Positions 18,961 through 29,154 of a stretch of DNA of 64,000 bases are shown in pieces. Both the position numbers and the translations under genes were made by a program. This DNA comes from Nannocystales bacterium (GTDB taxonomy: Bacteria > Myxococcota_A > Polyangia > Nannocystales > Nannocystaceae), in NCBI GenBank assembly GCA_050633305.1, contig JBOEGF010000002.1:185624-249623 (forward strand), read 5' to 3'. Each line of letters begins with the position of its first letter. Within the stretch, counting starts at the first letter, position 1. The notes beneath the pieces were generated by a model, which saw only the letters and a list, made by a program, of their open reading frames with translations, did not search any database and was not told where the DNA came from.

Positions 18961-20364
18961 ATGCGAAGCAAGAGCCTGAGAACGAGTGCACTCGCAACAG
19001 CGGTGTTGCTCGGTTGTGGTGGAGATGCCTCAACCGACGCCAACACGGCCGATGGATCTGGCGGACTGACAACGATGTCCGGCGTGGGCAGCGAAGGTGA
19101 GGGCGGAGGCGAGACTGGCGGGTCCATGTCCGCAGGAGGCTCGACCAGCGGACCCGCCACAGCGGCAGGCAGCGAGGAGGGCGGCGGAGGCGAGGACAGC
19201 GATCCCGGGCCGGTCAAGTTCGACTTCGGGGCGATTCCCGACGCGGGCCAGAACGTGGGCGGGTGCCAACCTGGGGGTGGCAACGACGAAGGGAAGAAAG
19301 ACGCACCTGACTTCTCGTATTTGTGGGCGGCAAACAGCTCGGAGGGCACGATCTCCAAGATCGACACCCAAACCGTCACCGAAGTCGGTCGATTTAGGAC
19401 GGGCCCAACCACCACCGGGAGCCCATCTCGCACCTCGGTGAGCCTTTCGGGCGACGTTGCAGTTGCCAACCGCAACGGCGGCATCACCAAGATCTACGCT
19501 CTCGAAGAAAACTGCCAGGACACCAACGGCACCCCTGGGATCCAAACGTCAGTGGACAACGTGCCACTAGCCTGGGACCAGGAGGAGTGCCGCGCATGGC
19601 ATATACCGTTCAACTACGACAGCCAACGACCCGTCGCGTGGGCTCCGGGCACGTGGAACTCCTCCACCTGCTCGTGGGAGAACGAGCTGCTGTGGACCGC
19701 CGGTCGTGTCGGCCAAGGCACCACCGACGAAGTCGTCCTCATCGACGGGGACGCAGGCATCGTCCTCGAAACGGTGAACATTCCGGGTCTGAAGCAGGAT
19801 TCCTTCGGACTGTATGGCGCAGCTGTCGATGCAGACGGCAACCTCTGGGCCACCGGCTGGGCAACAGGAAACCATATCGTCCGCGTGACCCTCGAGGACA
19901 TGGAGGTCACCGTTTGGGACGGGCCCTCCAGCACGGGCACGAGCTCCCACTGGTACGGCATGACCGCGGACGTCGATGGCTACATCTGGAACTGCGGTAG
20001 CCGAGCCGCGCGTTTCGATCCCGCGACCGAGTCTTGGACGGTAAGCCCAGAACTCAGCGTCTCCTCGGGCTGCATGGCCGACGGAGAGCCGGGGGGCCTC
20101 TTGTGGATGTCCTACTTTGGTGGAGTCCGAGGCGTCGATCGGACGACGTTCGACGTCGTGCACAACTTCGCCACACCAACCTCCTACGGAGTGAGCATCG
20201 ACTTCTTCGGGAACGTCTGGGCCGTCAACGGCAATGGCGCGCACCGGGTCGATCCTAGCGATGGCACTGTCACGTCGTACTCGGGGCTCAACGGGGCCTA
20301 CACGTACTCGGACATGACCGGGCACTCGCTCAGTGTCGTGGGTGGCGGAACGCCTAGCGGTTGA
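18961..20364 (+). CDS. Lipoprotein with G/S/T linker and beta-propeller (Vgb/YVTN-like) domain
   Basis: AVLLGC lipobox; YLWAANS.EGTISKIDT, SPSRTSVSL.GDVAVANR, YG.AVD.DGN.W and YTYSDMTG. Confidence 0.82.
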   Translation: MRSKSLRTSALATAVLLGCGGDASTDANTADGSGGLTTMSGVGSEGEGGGETGGSMSAGGSTSGPATAAGSEEGGGGEDSDPGPVKFDFGAIPDAGQNVGGCQPGGGNDEGKKDAPDFSYLWAANSSEGTISKIDTQTVTEVGRFRTGPTTTGSPSRTSVSLSGDVAVANRNGGITKIYALEENCQDTNGTPGIQTSVDNVPLAWDQEECRAWHIPFNYDSQRPVAWAPGTWNSSTCSWENELLWTAGRVGQGTTDEVVLIDGDAGIVLETVNIPGLKQDSFGLYGAAVDADGNLWATGWATGNHIVRVTLEDMEVTVWDGPSSTGTSSHWYGMTADVDGYIWNCGSRAARFDPATESWTVSPELSVSSGCMADGEPGGLLWMSYFGGVRGVDRTTFDVVHNFATPTSYGVSIDFFGNVWAVNGNGAHRVDPSDGTVTSYSGLNGAYTYSDMTGHSLSVVGGGTPSG

Positions 20365-20437
20365 TCTCGCCTCTGCGCCTCGGCACGGATTCCATGCCGC
20401 CAGCGCCCCGGGGATACGACCGCACGACGGGTCGTGA

Positions 20438-20677
20438 TCACACCGCGCGGAGGAGCACCGACTCGATGATGCCGACTCGTCCACTGCTCTTGGGTGGGTC
20501 GGGAACCAACGAGCGAACATTCGCGGCTCGCTCTCGACAGCCCGGGAACGTCTGCGCGACGAAGGCGTTGCTGTTTGCCGCCTGCTGGCCTCGGGGGGCG
20601 CTGAACAAGCGGACCTCAAGGTCGGAGAAGGAGCTCAGGAGGGTGTAAGAGTCGTGCGTCGTGGTCATGGCGGTCAT
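20438..20677 (-). CDS. Small hypothetical protein (about 79 aa)
   Basis: ATG 20677; GC-rich third codon positions; fills an otherwise empty 550-bp gap. Confidence 0.4.
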   Translation of the reverse strand: MTAMTTTHDSYTLLSSFSDLEVRLFSAPRGQQAANSNAFVAQTFPGCRERAANVRSLVPDPPKSSGRVGIIESVLLRAV

Positions 20678-20911
20678 CCCGATACGCCCCCGTTTAGTGC
20701 GAGTTCGGATCCATTTTGGGACATCACGCAATTTCGAGGGGTTGCAGGGGGCCGCCCGGCCGGTCCCGTTCGTTGGTCAAAGTCCCAACACCGAACCGTC
20801 AGTGGAAGCGTCAGTCGACCAACGCTGAGCCAGCGGGCCGTTTCCTTCGCCTAAACCCCGTGTCTCTGGCGCGACCGGGTTGGCGCCGGATTCGAGGGTC
20901 GCGGTCGTGTT

Positions 20912-21472
20912 TCACACAGTCCACGAGACGTTGAAGATCGCCCCGTCGGGGGTGGCCTCGAACTCCACTTTCGTACCCCGTCGGCCCGAGACCGCGAGCA
21001 GGGTTTCGATGCCCGTCGCGACACCCACCCGCCGCAGGTCGGACATGCCTTCCCAACCGGAAAGCACCGCCCTCGCCTGCCCCGGGCCGATGATCTTCGG
21101 GACGATCTTGCCCGCCGAGTGACCACGCCCGTAGACGATCGGCGCCCGCAGCAACAATGCACGCGGGCTCGAGAGACGGATCAAGACCTTCCAGACCGAG
21201 CGAAGCGTCTGTTCGATGCCTTGCCTCACCACGTCGGAGTAGAACGACAGCAGCTCTCGGCCGGCCTCGTTGGCGATGGCGTAGTAGAGGTCGTCCACGT
21301 CGGTGGCCCACATCCAAGCTGCAGGAACCGCAGCGTGCAGGCGGTCCCGTTGCTCCTTGGGAAGGGACGCGAAAGCCCTCTCCACGGCGGCGCTCCCCAC
21401 TTCTTTGCGGAAGAACTCGACGTTCCGCAGGTAGACCGCTCCGGAGAGCGATGGGACGGCGCTGTCAGGCAC
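20912..21472 (-). CDS. Hypothetical myxobacterial protein (DUF2378 / HNOB-V4R-like fold)
   Basis: Pattern G.V.L..V......G.....R....LP, AAW, and terminal F.V.W. GTG 21472 chosen because TACAAT lies 8 nt upstream. Confidence 0.6.
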   Translation of the reverse strand: MPDSAVPSLSGAVYLRNVEFFRKEVGSAAVERAFASLPKEQRDRLHAAVPAAWMWATDVDDLYYAIANEAGRELLSFYSDVVRQGIEQTLRSVWKVLIRLSSPRALLLRAPIVYGRGHSAGKIVPKIIGPGQARAVLSGWEGMSDLRRVGVATGIETLLAVSGRRGTKVEFEATPDGAIFNVSWTV

Positions 21473-21807
21473 TGCGCGATATTGTACGCCCTTCCGGCCC
21501 GTCGGGCGCCACAGCGGCCGGGACAGCGGAGCCGCTCGCGGAGCGCTGGCAGACACGCGATGCGAGCGGGTGCGCGGCCTCGCCCCTCAGCGATCTGCGC
21601 TCACGGCGCAGGGATTGAGGCAGGTCGGGGCGATACCGTGCGCCGCGGGTGGCTGCTGGGGACCGGTCGCACCACGGATTCGCAACGCAGCCCCGCTCTG
21701 AGGTTGCCGATCGACCGACCGCCGAACCGAGCGCGGCGGGGTTGTGTATGTCCCTACTCGGCGTTTCACCTTGCGCCAGGGAGGGGCTTGTCTCAAGGTA
21801 GAGAAGC

Positions 21808-22077
21808 GTGACAGCGCCATCTAAAGAGCGTCGTAAGGGCCGTTCCACGGCCGGACGGGTGAGCGGAATCCGCTTCGACTGGGACGCCCATGGTGCAGAG
21901 GGCTATGCCGTAGACGTTCAGGAACGTAGCCACGAGGACTCCGGCGACCTCATCGCGGCCAAGATCCGTCGCGATTGGAGCGAAGAGGCCGCGTCCGCCG
22001 AATCGTCGACCGAGGCATCTCCCGAGGCGTCTCCCGAATCGTCTTCTTCCGAAGAAGAGTCGGTCGACAACGCTTGA
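21808..22077 (+). CDS. Small hypothetical protein with acidic Ser/Glu tail
   Basis: 89-aa ORF in a gap between genes; plausible codon usage. Confidence 0.45.
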   Translation: MTAPSKERRKGRSTAGRVSGIRFDWDAHGAEGYAVDVQERSHEDSGDLIAAKIRRDWSEEAASAESSTEASPEASPESSSSEEESVDNA

Positions 22078-22134
22078 GCGTCCGCCTAGCCGGAACAATT
22101 CAAACCTGTCCATGCAGGACACTCGAGACAAGGT

Positions 22135-23022
22135 TCAGGCGACGCCGATGTCGCGCAGGCGCTCCATCAAGAAGTCGAGCGCCAACACCTCGGGGTCTTC
22201 ACTCAGTCGAGCGTCGTTGCGCGGATGACAGAAGAATGGCATCGAGTAGCGCGAACGATTGGCATCGCCAGGAGGGTTCACGACCCGGTGCGTGGTCGAG
22301 CGGACCCGCCCCCCGGTGAGCAACTGCAGCATGTCGCCGCTATCGCAGACCATGACGTTCGGAGGCGTCTGCACATCGATCCACTCGCCTTCGCGCGTCA
22401 TGAGTTGCAGGCCGGGCTCGGTCGCAACCGGAAGCACGGTCATCAGGTTGATGTCCTCATGCGCCGCTGCCCGCACCGCACCCGGCTCGACCTCGGAAGG
22501 CAGCGGCGGATAGTGGATCACCCGAATCACCGAGTTTCCACCGCGGGTGAAGTCCTCGAAGAATCCCTCGGGCTTCTCGAGGTAGGCGCCGACGCTGGTC
22601 AGCAGAGTGGTTGCAACCCGATCGAGCTGGTCGAACAGCGCGTTGAACGTCGGGGCGAATTGCGGAAGCTCCGCCGGCTCCACGTTTGGCACCACGTCGC
22701 CCTCACGACGACCCACGTGCCAGAATTCCTTCATGTCGGGCACCGTTTGCCCCTTGGCGTGCTCGACACCCAAAGAGGTGTATCCACGCTGGCGACCGGT
22801 GGTGGTGTCCTCGTATCGTTGCTTGTCCGTGGGCGGCAGCTCGAACAACGCACGGGCCTGCGCGTACGCGCCGGTCAGGAGCGGCTCCGGGACACCATGC
22901 TCTGTGATCGCGACGAAACCGAAGGTCTCGAGAGCCTCACCGAGCGTCTGCACGGCTGCGGCACTCCGGGTCGCGGGCGCCAGGTCGTGGAGGCTGATCA
23001 CCGGGATCGTCGCGTCTGCCAT
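22135..23022 (-). CDS. Isopenicillin N synthase family 2OG-Fe(II) oxygenase
   Basis: IPVISL, GFV.IT.HG, RVIHYPP, AHEDIN.MT.L, STTHRVVNP and RYSMPFF. Confidence 0.93.
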   Translation of the reverse strand: MADATIPVISLHDLAPATRSAAAVQTLGEALETFGFVAITEHGVPEPLLTGAYAQARALFELPPTDKQRYEDTTTGRQRGYTSLGVEHAKGQTVPDMKEFWHVGRREGDVVPNVEPAELPQFAPTFNALFDQLDRVATTLLTSVGAYLEKPEGFFEDFTRGGNSVIRVIHYPPLPSEVEPGAVRAAAHEDINLMTVLPVATEPGLQLMTREGEWIDVQTPPNVMVCDSGDMLQLLTGGRVRSTTHRVVNPPGDANRSRYSMPFFCHPRNDARLSEDPEVLALDFLMERLRDIGVA

Positions 23023-23086
23023 CCGGCGGAGGTTTCACCCGTCGGAGCAGACCGGTCAAGTCGCCTACGTCTGCTACAGTGAAAGC

Positions 23087-23692
23087 GTGGGACCCACACG
23101 GAACTCCAAAGGGCAGCTCGAAGACTACGGCCATCGCGAAGTCGAGCTCCCAGCCGAGTCCGAGACCCCCGCCGGGTGGGTGCGCGCTGATGGCACCCAG
23201 GAGGGCTATGCACCGTCGGCCGACGTCGTGTTCGACAACAATGGGCGCCCCCAGGGGCTCTCCATGCAGCCGTTGCGCGGCCGCGCCGCCGTCACCACCA
23301 TCCTGAGGTTCTTCAACCTCAGCGCGCTCGACCGCAAGGGTGCGTTGGCTCCCGAGAAACAGGTCGAGCACCGCCACCTTCAAGTTCAGCTCCAAGACGG
23401 CGCCAGCCACCGCGGTTTGCGCGACTGGATGAGGCTCCCAGTCAGCGTCGAAGTGCTCGTCGGGCCCCGGCAGACCCCTGGGCTCATGAAAGACCTCGGG
23501 GCCGGCGGTTTGCGACTGGAGGACGTCGAGGGGCGATTCATGGTCGGCACCCGCATCGACGTGATGATGCCCTTGGCCCTGGGTCAGCGGCGCGGGACGA
23601 TCGTGTTCACGAACCGGGTCGCGTGGGCGAACGCCATGCGAAAGACGCTGGGCCTCGAATTCACCGCGGCCCCGAGCTGGCACCAGCGATAG
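23087..23692 (+). CDS. PilZ domain-containing protein
   Basis: C-terminal R...RLPV..EV, KDLGAGG.RL, RVAW and LGLEF. GTG start preceded by TACAGT. Confidence 0.7.
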   Translation: MGPTRNSKGQLEDYGHREVELPAESETPAGWVRADGTQEGYAPSADVVFDNNGRPQGLSMQPLRGRAAVTTILRFFNLSALDRKGALAPEKQVEHRHLQVQLQDGASHRGLRDWMRLPVSVEVLVGPRQTPGLMKDLGAGGLRLEDVEGRFMVGTRIDVMMPLALGQRRGTIVFTNRVAWANAMRKTLGLEFTAAPSWHQR

Positions 23693-23705
23693 GCTCCGCG
23701 CTCGC

Positions 23706-24623
23706 GTGTCTGCCCGAGAACTGATCGCCCTGGGAACCGGCTCCCAGGTCCCCTCGCGCTATCGAAACCACAACGGCTACCTGCTGCGGTGGGATGACGA
23801 GGGTGTGCTCTTCGACCCCGGCGAAGGGACCCAACGCCAGATGATCTTCGCAGGCGTAGCCGTCAGCGCGATCACCCGCGTCTGCGTCACGCACTTTCAC
23901 GGCGACCACTGTCTCGGCCTCGCCGGCATTACGCAGCGACTCTCGCTCGACGACGTGCCGCACCCCATCCACGTCTACTTTCCCGCGAGCGGACGCAAGT
24001 ACTTCGACCGGCTCCGGTATGCGTCGATCTATCGCGAACGCGCCACAGTCGTGCCGCACCCCATCGAAGACCCCAACGCGGGAATCGACATGCCTTCGTT
24101 CCGCATGACGGTGGCCCCGTTGGACCACGGCGTGCCCACGCTCGGGTACCGAATCGACGAACCGGACGGAGTCCGCATGCTTCCCGAAGAGCTGGCGAAG
24201 CGCGGCGTTGTGGGACCTGCGATCGGGCAGCTCGCGCGCGAGGGGCAGATCGAGGTCGACGGTGACACGGTACGCCTCGAGGATGTCAGCGTCGCCAAGC
24301 CAGGGCAGTCCGTCGCGTTCGTCATGGATACGCGGCCGTGCGCCGGGGCGTCCGCGCTGGCCAAGGACGTGGACCTGCTCGTCATCGAGTCCACCTACTT
24401 GCATGAGGACGCCAAACTCGCGCACGACCACATGCACATGACCGCGGTTCAGGCGGCCACCATTGGCCGGGACGCGGGTGCACGCCGGGTTGTGCTCACG
24501 CACTTCTCACAGCGCTACCCTTCGCTGGACCCGTTCATCGAGGAAGCATCGGCGATTCACCCGGATGTGGTCGCGGTGGTGGATGGGCAAAGGGTGTCGG
24601 TGCCGAAGCGCAGAGAGGTGTGA
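23706..24623 (+). CDS. rnz: Ribonuclease Z
   Basis: LGTGSQVP, DPGEGTQRQ, THFHGDHCLG, H.VPTLGYRI.EPD flexible arm, DTRPC, ESTY and LTHFSQRY. Confidence 0.93.
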   Translation: MSARELIALGTGSQVPSRYRNHNGYLLRWDDEGVLFDPGEGTQRQMIFAGVAVSAITRVCVTHFHGDHCLGLAGITQRLSLDDVPHPIHVYFPASGRKYFDRLRYASIYRERATVVPHPIEDPNAGIDMPSFRMTVAPLDHGVPTLGYRIDEPDGVRMLPEELAKRGVVGPAIGQLAREGQIEVDGDTVRLEDVSVAKPGQSVAFVMDTRPCAGASALAKDVDLLVIESTYLHEDAKLAHDHMHMTAVQAATIGRDAGARRVVLTHFSQRYPSLDPFIEEASAIHPDVVAVVDGQRVSVPKRREV

Positions 24624-24948
24624 CGAGGCTCTGCTGTCAGCCGCCGCGGTGCGACTCTCCCTCAAAGACGCCCGGACGCCTGAGCCGGCACACGGCCGAT
24701 GAGAGCTCTGGCCGAAGTCAGCGCCTCCGGACGCCGGCGGAGGAACCCGAGCAGACAACACACCTCGAAGTGCTGTCGTCCGCCGACTCTCGCACGAGCG
24801 GATCAGCCGACTCGCTGGAAACCGTCGAGACGTTTTCGGTAGGTCGGTGGATCGCTTCAAGATCGACGCGCCTTGCCCGTAGGTCCGGCGACGTGCGTGC
24901 CTTCGATGGTTCGCTGGAGGCAAACGCAATACGATTCGGGTCCGCCAC

Positions 24949-26034
24949 ATGGCCGAACCCAAGAGCACCACCCAGCTGTACGCGCAATGGCGAGCCCCAC
25001 GACGCGGGCACTCGCATGCTGAGGCGCTCACCAATCCGGTGTGGAGCTGGCTTGTCGAAGAAGAGCTCAGCGCGTACGAGGCAAACCAGAGGTTCGGGGG
25101 ACCGAGTTCCGTCAAGGCCGGACCTGCTTGGTGCTTCCAACGTATGGGGCAGACCGAAACGCTCTTGCCCGACGGCCGAACGGTCTACGTAGCGGGCGAG
25201 CATGAGGACTACTACGACCCCAATTTCTACATCTACAACGATGTGGTCATTGCCGAACCGGATGGCGCCATCGACATTTTTGGCTACCCCGCCACGGATT
25301 TCCCGCCAACGGACTTCCACACCGCGACACTCGTGGGCTCGACGATCATCCTGATCGGGAACCTCGGGTACCCCGAGGACAGGGTGGCTGGAACGACCCA
25401 GGTTCTGGCGTTCGAGTTGGGGAGCAAACGCGTGCGGACACTCCACCCATCCGGGGATGTCCCTGGCTGGGTTTCCTCTCACAAAGCTGAGCGCGTGGAC
25501 TCGGCCATCGTAGTTCGCGAAGGCACGTTCTACGAAGAGGAGATCTGCGAAATCATCGACGAGTGGAGCCTCGACACCATCCGCTGGGTCTGGACACGGC
25601 TCACCGATCGCCAGTGGCCCACCATCCGCCTCGCGCGGGCCGACCAAACCTCAAATCGTCTATTCGATGTCGAACAGTTCGCATATTACTCGAGGCTCAC
25701 CGAGGACAACCGATTCAAACAAGGGGGCCTGGCTTCCTGCCTGGAGACGCTCGGCGACACGCCGGATTTGACCCTGTTCGAGTCTCGCTACCGGCCCTCG
25801 ATGGAGCACGAGGTGCTCACCAACGCGGACGAAGACAGCGACGAGTTTGGCATCCACCGCATCTCGGTCGAAGGCGTCGTCGTTCGGTTCAACGAAGGGC
25901 AGCTAGACGTCACGATGACGGTCGAAGGCACGCTCCCCGAGACGACTGCCCAAGGACTCGCCGACGAACTAGAGCGCAAGCTCGCTGCGCTCGAGCGCAC
26001 GCCCTACATCGCCACTGCGGTGAAGCGACGCTAG
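24949..26034 (+). CDS. Hypothetical protein with Kelch-like repeats
   Basis: WCFQR.GQT.T.LPDGR.V..AGEHEDYYDP.F.IYNDV and FPPTDFHTATLVG..I.LIG.LGY. Confidence 0.75.
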   Translation: MAEPKSTTQLYAQWRAPRRGHSHAEALTNPVWSWLVEEELSAYEANQRFGGPSSVKAGPAWCFQRMGQTETLLPDGRTVYVAGEHEDYYDPNFYIYNDVVIAEPDGAIDIFGYPATDFPPTDFHTATLVGSTIILIGNLGYPEDRVAGTTQVLAFELGSKRVRTLHPSGDVPGWVSSHKAERVDSAIVVREGTFYEEEICEIIDEWSLDTIRWVWTRLTDRQWPTIRLARADQTSNRLFDVEQFAYYSRLTEDNRFKQGGLASCLETLGDTPDLTLFESRYRPSMEHEVLTNADEDSDEFGIHRISVEGVVVRFNEGQLDVTMTVEGTLPETTAQGLADELERKLAALERTPYIATAVKRR

Positions 26035-26398
26035 GAGGCGTCCCCAGCCGGCGCCTCCCTCCGTTGCACGAGATCACGTCTTCTCCACGGATTCGCTCCT
26101 CAACACTCCCGCCACCTCGAATCCCCGCACGACATCCGCGGCGGCCAACTCCGGGTTCCGCGTCGGAACTGGCGGTCGGCGTCCTCAACGACCCATGTAC
26201 ATGACTGCTCGGACACAAAGGCCGAGCGCCCGGCACGGACAACCTCGACGGGACATGCGAGAGTTTCTCGCAGGGCTCCGACTGCGCCTACGGCACCGAC
26301 GAGGCCAATTGCGGGGGCTGAGAGCCCACTCCGTGCCCCTCACGGCGAGGAGGCCGGCAGTCTTCGAGACATCAGCGCAGCCGTGGTATGAGCGACAG

Positions 26399-28180
26399 AT
26401 GATGGGTAGACGGCTTGGTTGGCTGCTCGTGGCCCCTTTGCTGGGCTGTAGCTTCGAAGGCTTCACCGCCGCGGACACGGACACGGACACGGAGTCCGCC
26501 GCGGAAGAAGGCGGCGGCACGAGCGGCGAAGCCAGCACCGGCAGCGCCACCACCGCCGACTCCGACTCCGACTCCAACTCGGACAGCAGCGGCTCGGGCG
26601 GCACGCTCGACGTCTGCACGCAGCAGGGCGTCCCGGCGCAGTGGACCGAGGGCGAGCTCATCTCCCCGTGTGGTCGCATCAACCCCCTGGGGCTGCCTGA
26701 GGATCAGGTCGCCGCGTACGCCCAAGCCGGGCAGGGACACGCCAAGCAGTACCCGGTTGAGACCACGGGCATCTTGCTCCCCGAACGCCCCCTCCGGCTG
26801 CTGATCGAGGGCAACCCCAACGACCCGCTGCGACAGCTCATGTCCGAGTTGCTCCCGGCGTTCACGGGCCTGTCCTCGATGGAGGAGATCTACGAGCAGC
26901 TCGGGCTGGTCCGCTCCCCCGAAGGCGACTATTGGGGCGTCACGGTGATGAACACCGAACGTGGTGCCGGGCTCACGTTCAGCTGCGCCACCTGCCACTC
27001 GGGTCGCGTGTTCGACACGCCAACGATGGGCCTGTTCAACCGCCAGTCGACCGCGAACAACATGTTCGTCGTCTACAAGCCGATGTTCGAGGCTGTGGGA
27101 CCCACCGGGTTCGCCTTGGGCACCGGCGCGGACTCGGGGGAGACGGACTTGTGGCGCATGTCCCGAGACAACATCCGCTACGTGCGGAGCGTCGAGCCCC
27201 GTGTCCTTGGCCTCGACACCGCACTGGCCCACACGATCCTATCGCTGGGCACGCGCGAGCTCGACCCGTGGGCCACGCGGACCGAGGAGTCGTGGCAGAA
27301 TCCTCGTCCCAACGAACTCGAGGACTTCCCCAGCGACGTGAAGCCCGCCACCTGGTGGCTGACCAAGTACAAGAACAAGTTCTTCTCCGACGGTTCGCTC
27401 GTTAGTGGCAACCCGGTCTTGGGCGCGCTGCTGGTCAACGAGTTTGGGCGCGGGTCCGATCTTGTCGCCCTCGATGCTTGGATCATCGAGAACTGGGACA
27501 TCATCGAAGAGTTCACCACTGGCGTGTTCGCAACCGAGGCCCCAAGCTTCTTCGATCACTTCGAGCCCAGCGCCTTCGACATGGCAGCCGCAAAACGTGG
27601 AGAGCAGCTCTTCGTTGAAAACTGCGCGAAGTGCCACGGCACCTACGACAAGGGCTGGAACGAGCCCGACGCGGACGCGCTCTCGGTCCGCGAACAGCTC
27701 GAAACCTCACGCGTCGTGTACTTTGCGGACACCCCTATCCACGACGTTGGGACCGACCCGCACCGTCGCCAAAGCGTCGAGTTCATCCAGGACATCAACG
27801 ATCTTCAGCTCTCCGAGAAGTACGACCTCGTACTCACACCACAGGAGGGCTACGTGCCGCCTCCACTGGAGGGGATCTGGGCTCGCTGGCCCTACTTCCA
27901 CAACAACTCGGCGCCAAGCCTCTGTGCGGTCCTGACCCCGGCAGCCCAGCGACCCGAGGTGTATCAGTTCGGCCCCATCAACAATCAGGCGGCCGACTTC
28001 GACAGCGGCTGCAACGGCTACCCGCTGGCCGCCCCGCCCCACTTCGACCAGGTGTTCGACACCAGACTCCCCGGACTGTCGGCCATGGGACACGACGAGG
28101 GCATCTTCATGGACGGCGGAAAAGAGCGCTTCAGTGCCGAACAGAAGACCGATCTGATCCGGTTCCTTCAGACGCTCTAG
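26399..28180 (+). CDS. Diheme c-type cytochrome lipoprotein, RoxA/RoxB (rubber oxygenase)-like
   Basis: LLGC lipobox plus linker; CATCH and CAKCH heme motifs; DVGTDP.R; GYVPPPLEGIWARWPYFHNNSAP.L; G.S..GH. Confidence 0.85.
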   Translation: MMGRRLGWLLVAPLLGCSFEGFTAADTDTDTESAAEEGGGTSGEASTGSATTADSDSDSNSDSSGSGGTLDVCTQQGVPAQWTEGELISPCGRINPLGLPEDQVAAYAQAGQGHAKQYPVETTGILLPERPLRLLIEGNPNDPLRQLMSELLPAFTGLSSMEEIYEQLGLVRSPEGDYWGVTVMNTERGAGLTFSCATCHSGRVFDTPTMGLFNRQSTANNMFVVYKPMFEAVGPTGFALGTGADSGETDLWRMSRDNIRYVRSVEPRVLGLDTALAHTILSLGTRELDPWATRTEESWQNPRPNELEDFPSDVKPATWWLTKYKNKFFSDGSLVSGNPVLGALLVNEFGRGSDLVALDAWIIENWDIIEEFTTGVFATEAPSFFDHFEPSAFDMAAAKRGEQLFVENCAKCHGTYDKGWNEPDADALSVREQLETSRVVYFADTPIHDVGTDPHRRQSVEFIQDINDLQLSEKYDLVLTPQEGYVPPPLEGIWARWPYFHNNSAPSLCAVLTPAAQRPEVYQFGPINNQAADFDSGCNGYPLAAPPHFDQVFDTRLPGLSAMGHDEGIFMDGGKERFSAEQKTDLIRFLQTL

Positions 28181-28195
28181 CGATACTCTGCTGTC

Positions 28196-28849
28196 ATGCC
28201 GCTGAAGTCCGTCCGCGTGCCCGCGCCGTTCGAGGGACCGTTCGCCCAAGGCGAAGAGTTCGTCGAACGCCTGTTCTCCCAGGTCGACCGAAACCCCGAA
28301 CGGGGCACGGTGCACGTTGGCGGGGAGCGCTACGTCTTCATGCGTTGCGAGAGCTTGTTCGCGGCGTGGTTCTCCGCGTTGTCAGAGACGTTCGGTGAGG
28401 AGGCCGCCAGCCGCTTCATCTACAACACCGCACGTGAAATCGGCCGAAGCGACTCCGTCTCGTTCGCCGAACGCCAAGGTGTCGACGACCCGCTTTCTCG
28501 TCTCGCCTCCGGTCCCGTGCACTTCGCACACGCGGGCTGGGCGTTCGTCGAGATCCTGCCGGACGCCAACCCATCACCGGACGAGAACTTCTTCCTGCAC
28601 TACAACCACCCCAACACATTCGAGTCCGAGGTCCTGGCCAAACGTGGGGAGACTCGGAAGAACTGCGCATGCCTGTTCAGCGCGGGCTACTCGTCGGGCT
28701 GGTGTACCGAAGCCTTCGGCTTGGAGCTCCACGGCCGCGAGCTTCGGTGTCTGGCCAGAGGGGACGATCACTGCGAGTTCATCATGTGCCCCTCAGAGCG
28801 GCTCGACGAACAGGAGACGCGGGTCCGCGCCACATGGACGACTTCCTAA
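28196..28849 (+). CDS. Stand-alone XylR-N/V4R domain protein
   Basis: G.V.VGGERY, EIG..D, GP.HFAHAGW, C.F.AGY.SGW....FG.EL...E..C.A.GD..CEF. Confidence 0.82.
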   Translation: MPLKSVRVPAPFEGPFAQGEEFVERLFSQVDRNPERGTVHVGGERYVFMRCESLFAAWFSALSETFGEEAASRFIYNTAREIGRSDSVSFAERQGVDDPLSRLASGPVHFAHAGWAFVEILPDANPSPDENFFLHYNHPNTFESEVLAKRGETRKNCACLFSAGYSSGWCTEAFGLELHGRELRCLARGDDHCEFIMCPSERLDEQETRVRATWTTS

Positions 28850-29094
28850 GCCGACGCCCCGCCGGCATCGAGCTCAACGCGCTCTCCGAGAGTGTGTTCG
28901 ACATCCTCGTGAACTACACGGCCTTTCCTTGGCCGTTGCTGCAAACCCAGGCCAAACGCGTGGGCGCCGATCCTGCGGCACTGGGCCGCACCGACCTCGC
29001 CAGGCTGGTCAAGCCCCTGGCCCAGGGCGTGGCTCGGTTCAACACACCCAAAGCTGGGGTCCAAGTCCAGGTCGCACTCGAGCGACTCTTGTGA
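28834..29094 (+). CDS. Small helical hypothetical protein (86 aa) coupled to the V4R gene
   Basis: ATG 28834 overlaps the V4R gene end by 16 nt; MDDFLSRRPAG...VALERLL; typical codon usage. Confidence 0.65.
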   Translation: MDDFLSRRPAGIELNALSESVFDILVNYTAFPWPLLQTQAKRVGADPAALGRTDLARLVKPLAQGVARFNTPKAGVQVQVALERLL

Positions 29095-29154
29095 GGACTC
29101 CGGATGCTCTTCGCGAAGACGACCGTCTCCCCGCACGGGGCGACTCGCTTGTAA

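Noticed and set aside
22135..24623. RNase Z and the IPNS-like oxygenase as part of the RNA-repair or a beta-lactam cluster
   Set aside because: They lie over 16 kb from hen1-pnkp, no NRPS is nearby, and both are common stand-alone genes.
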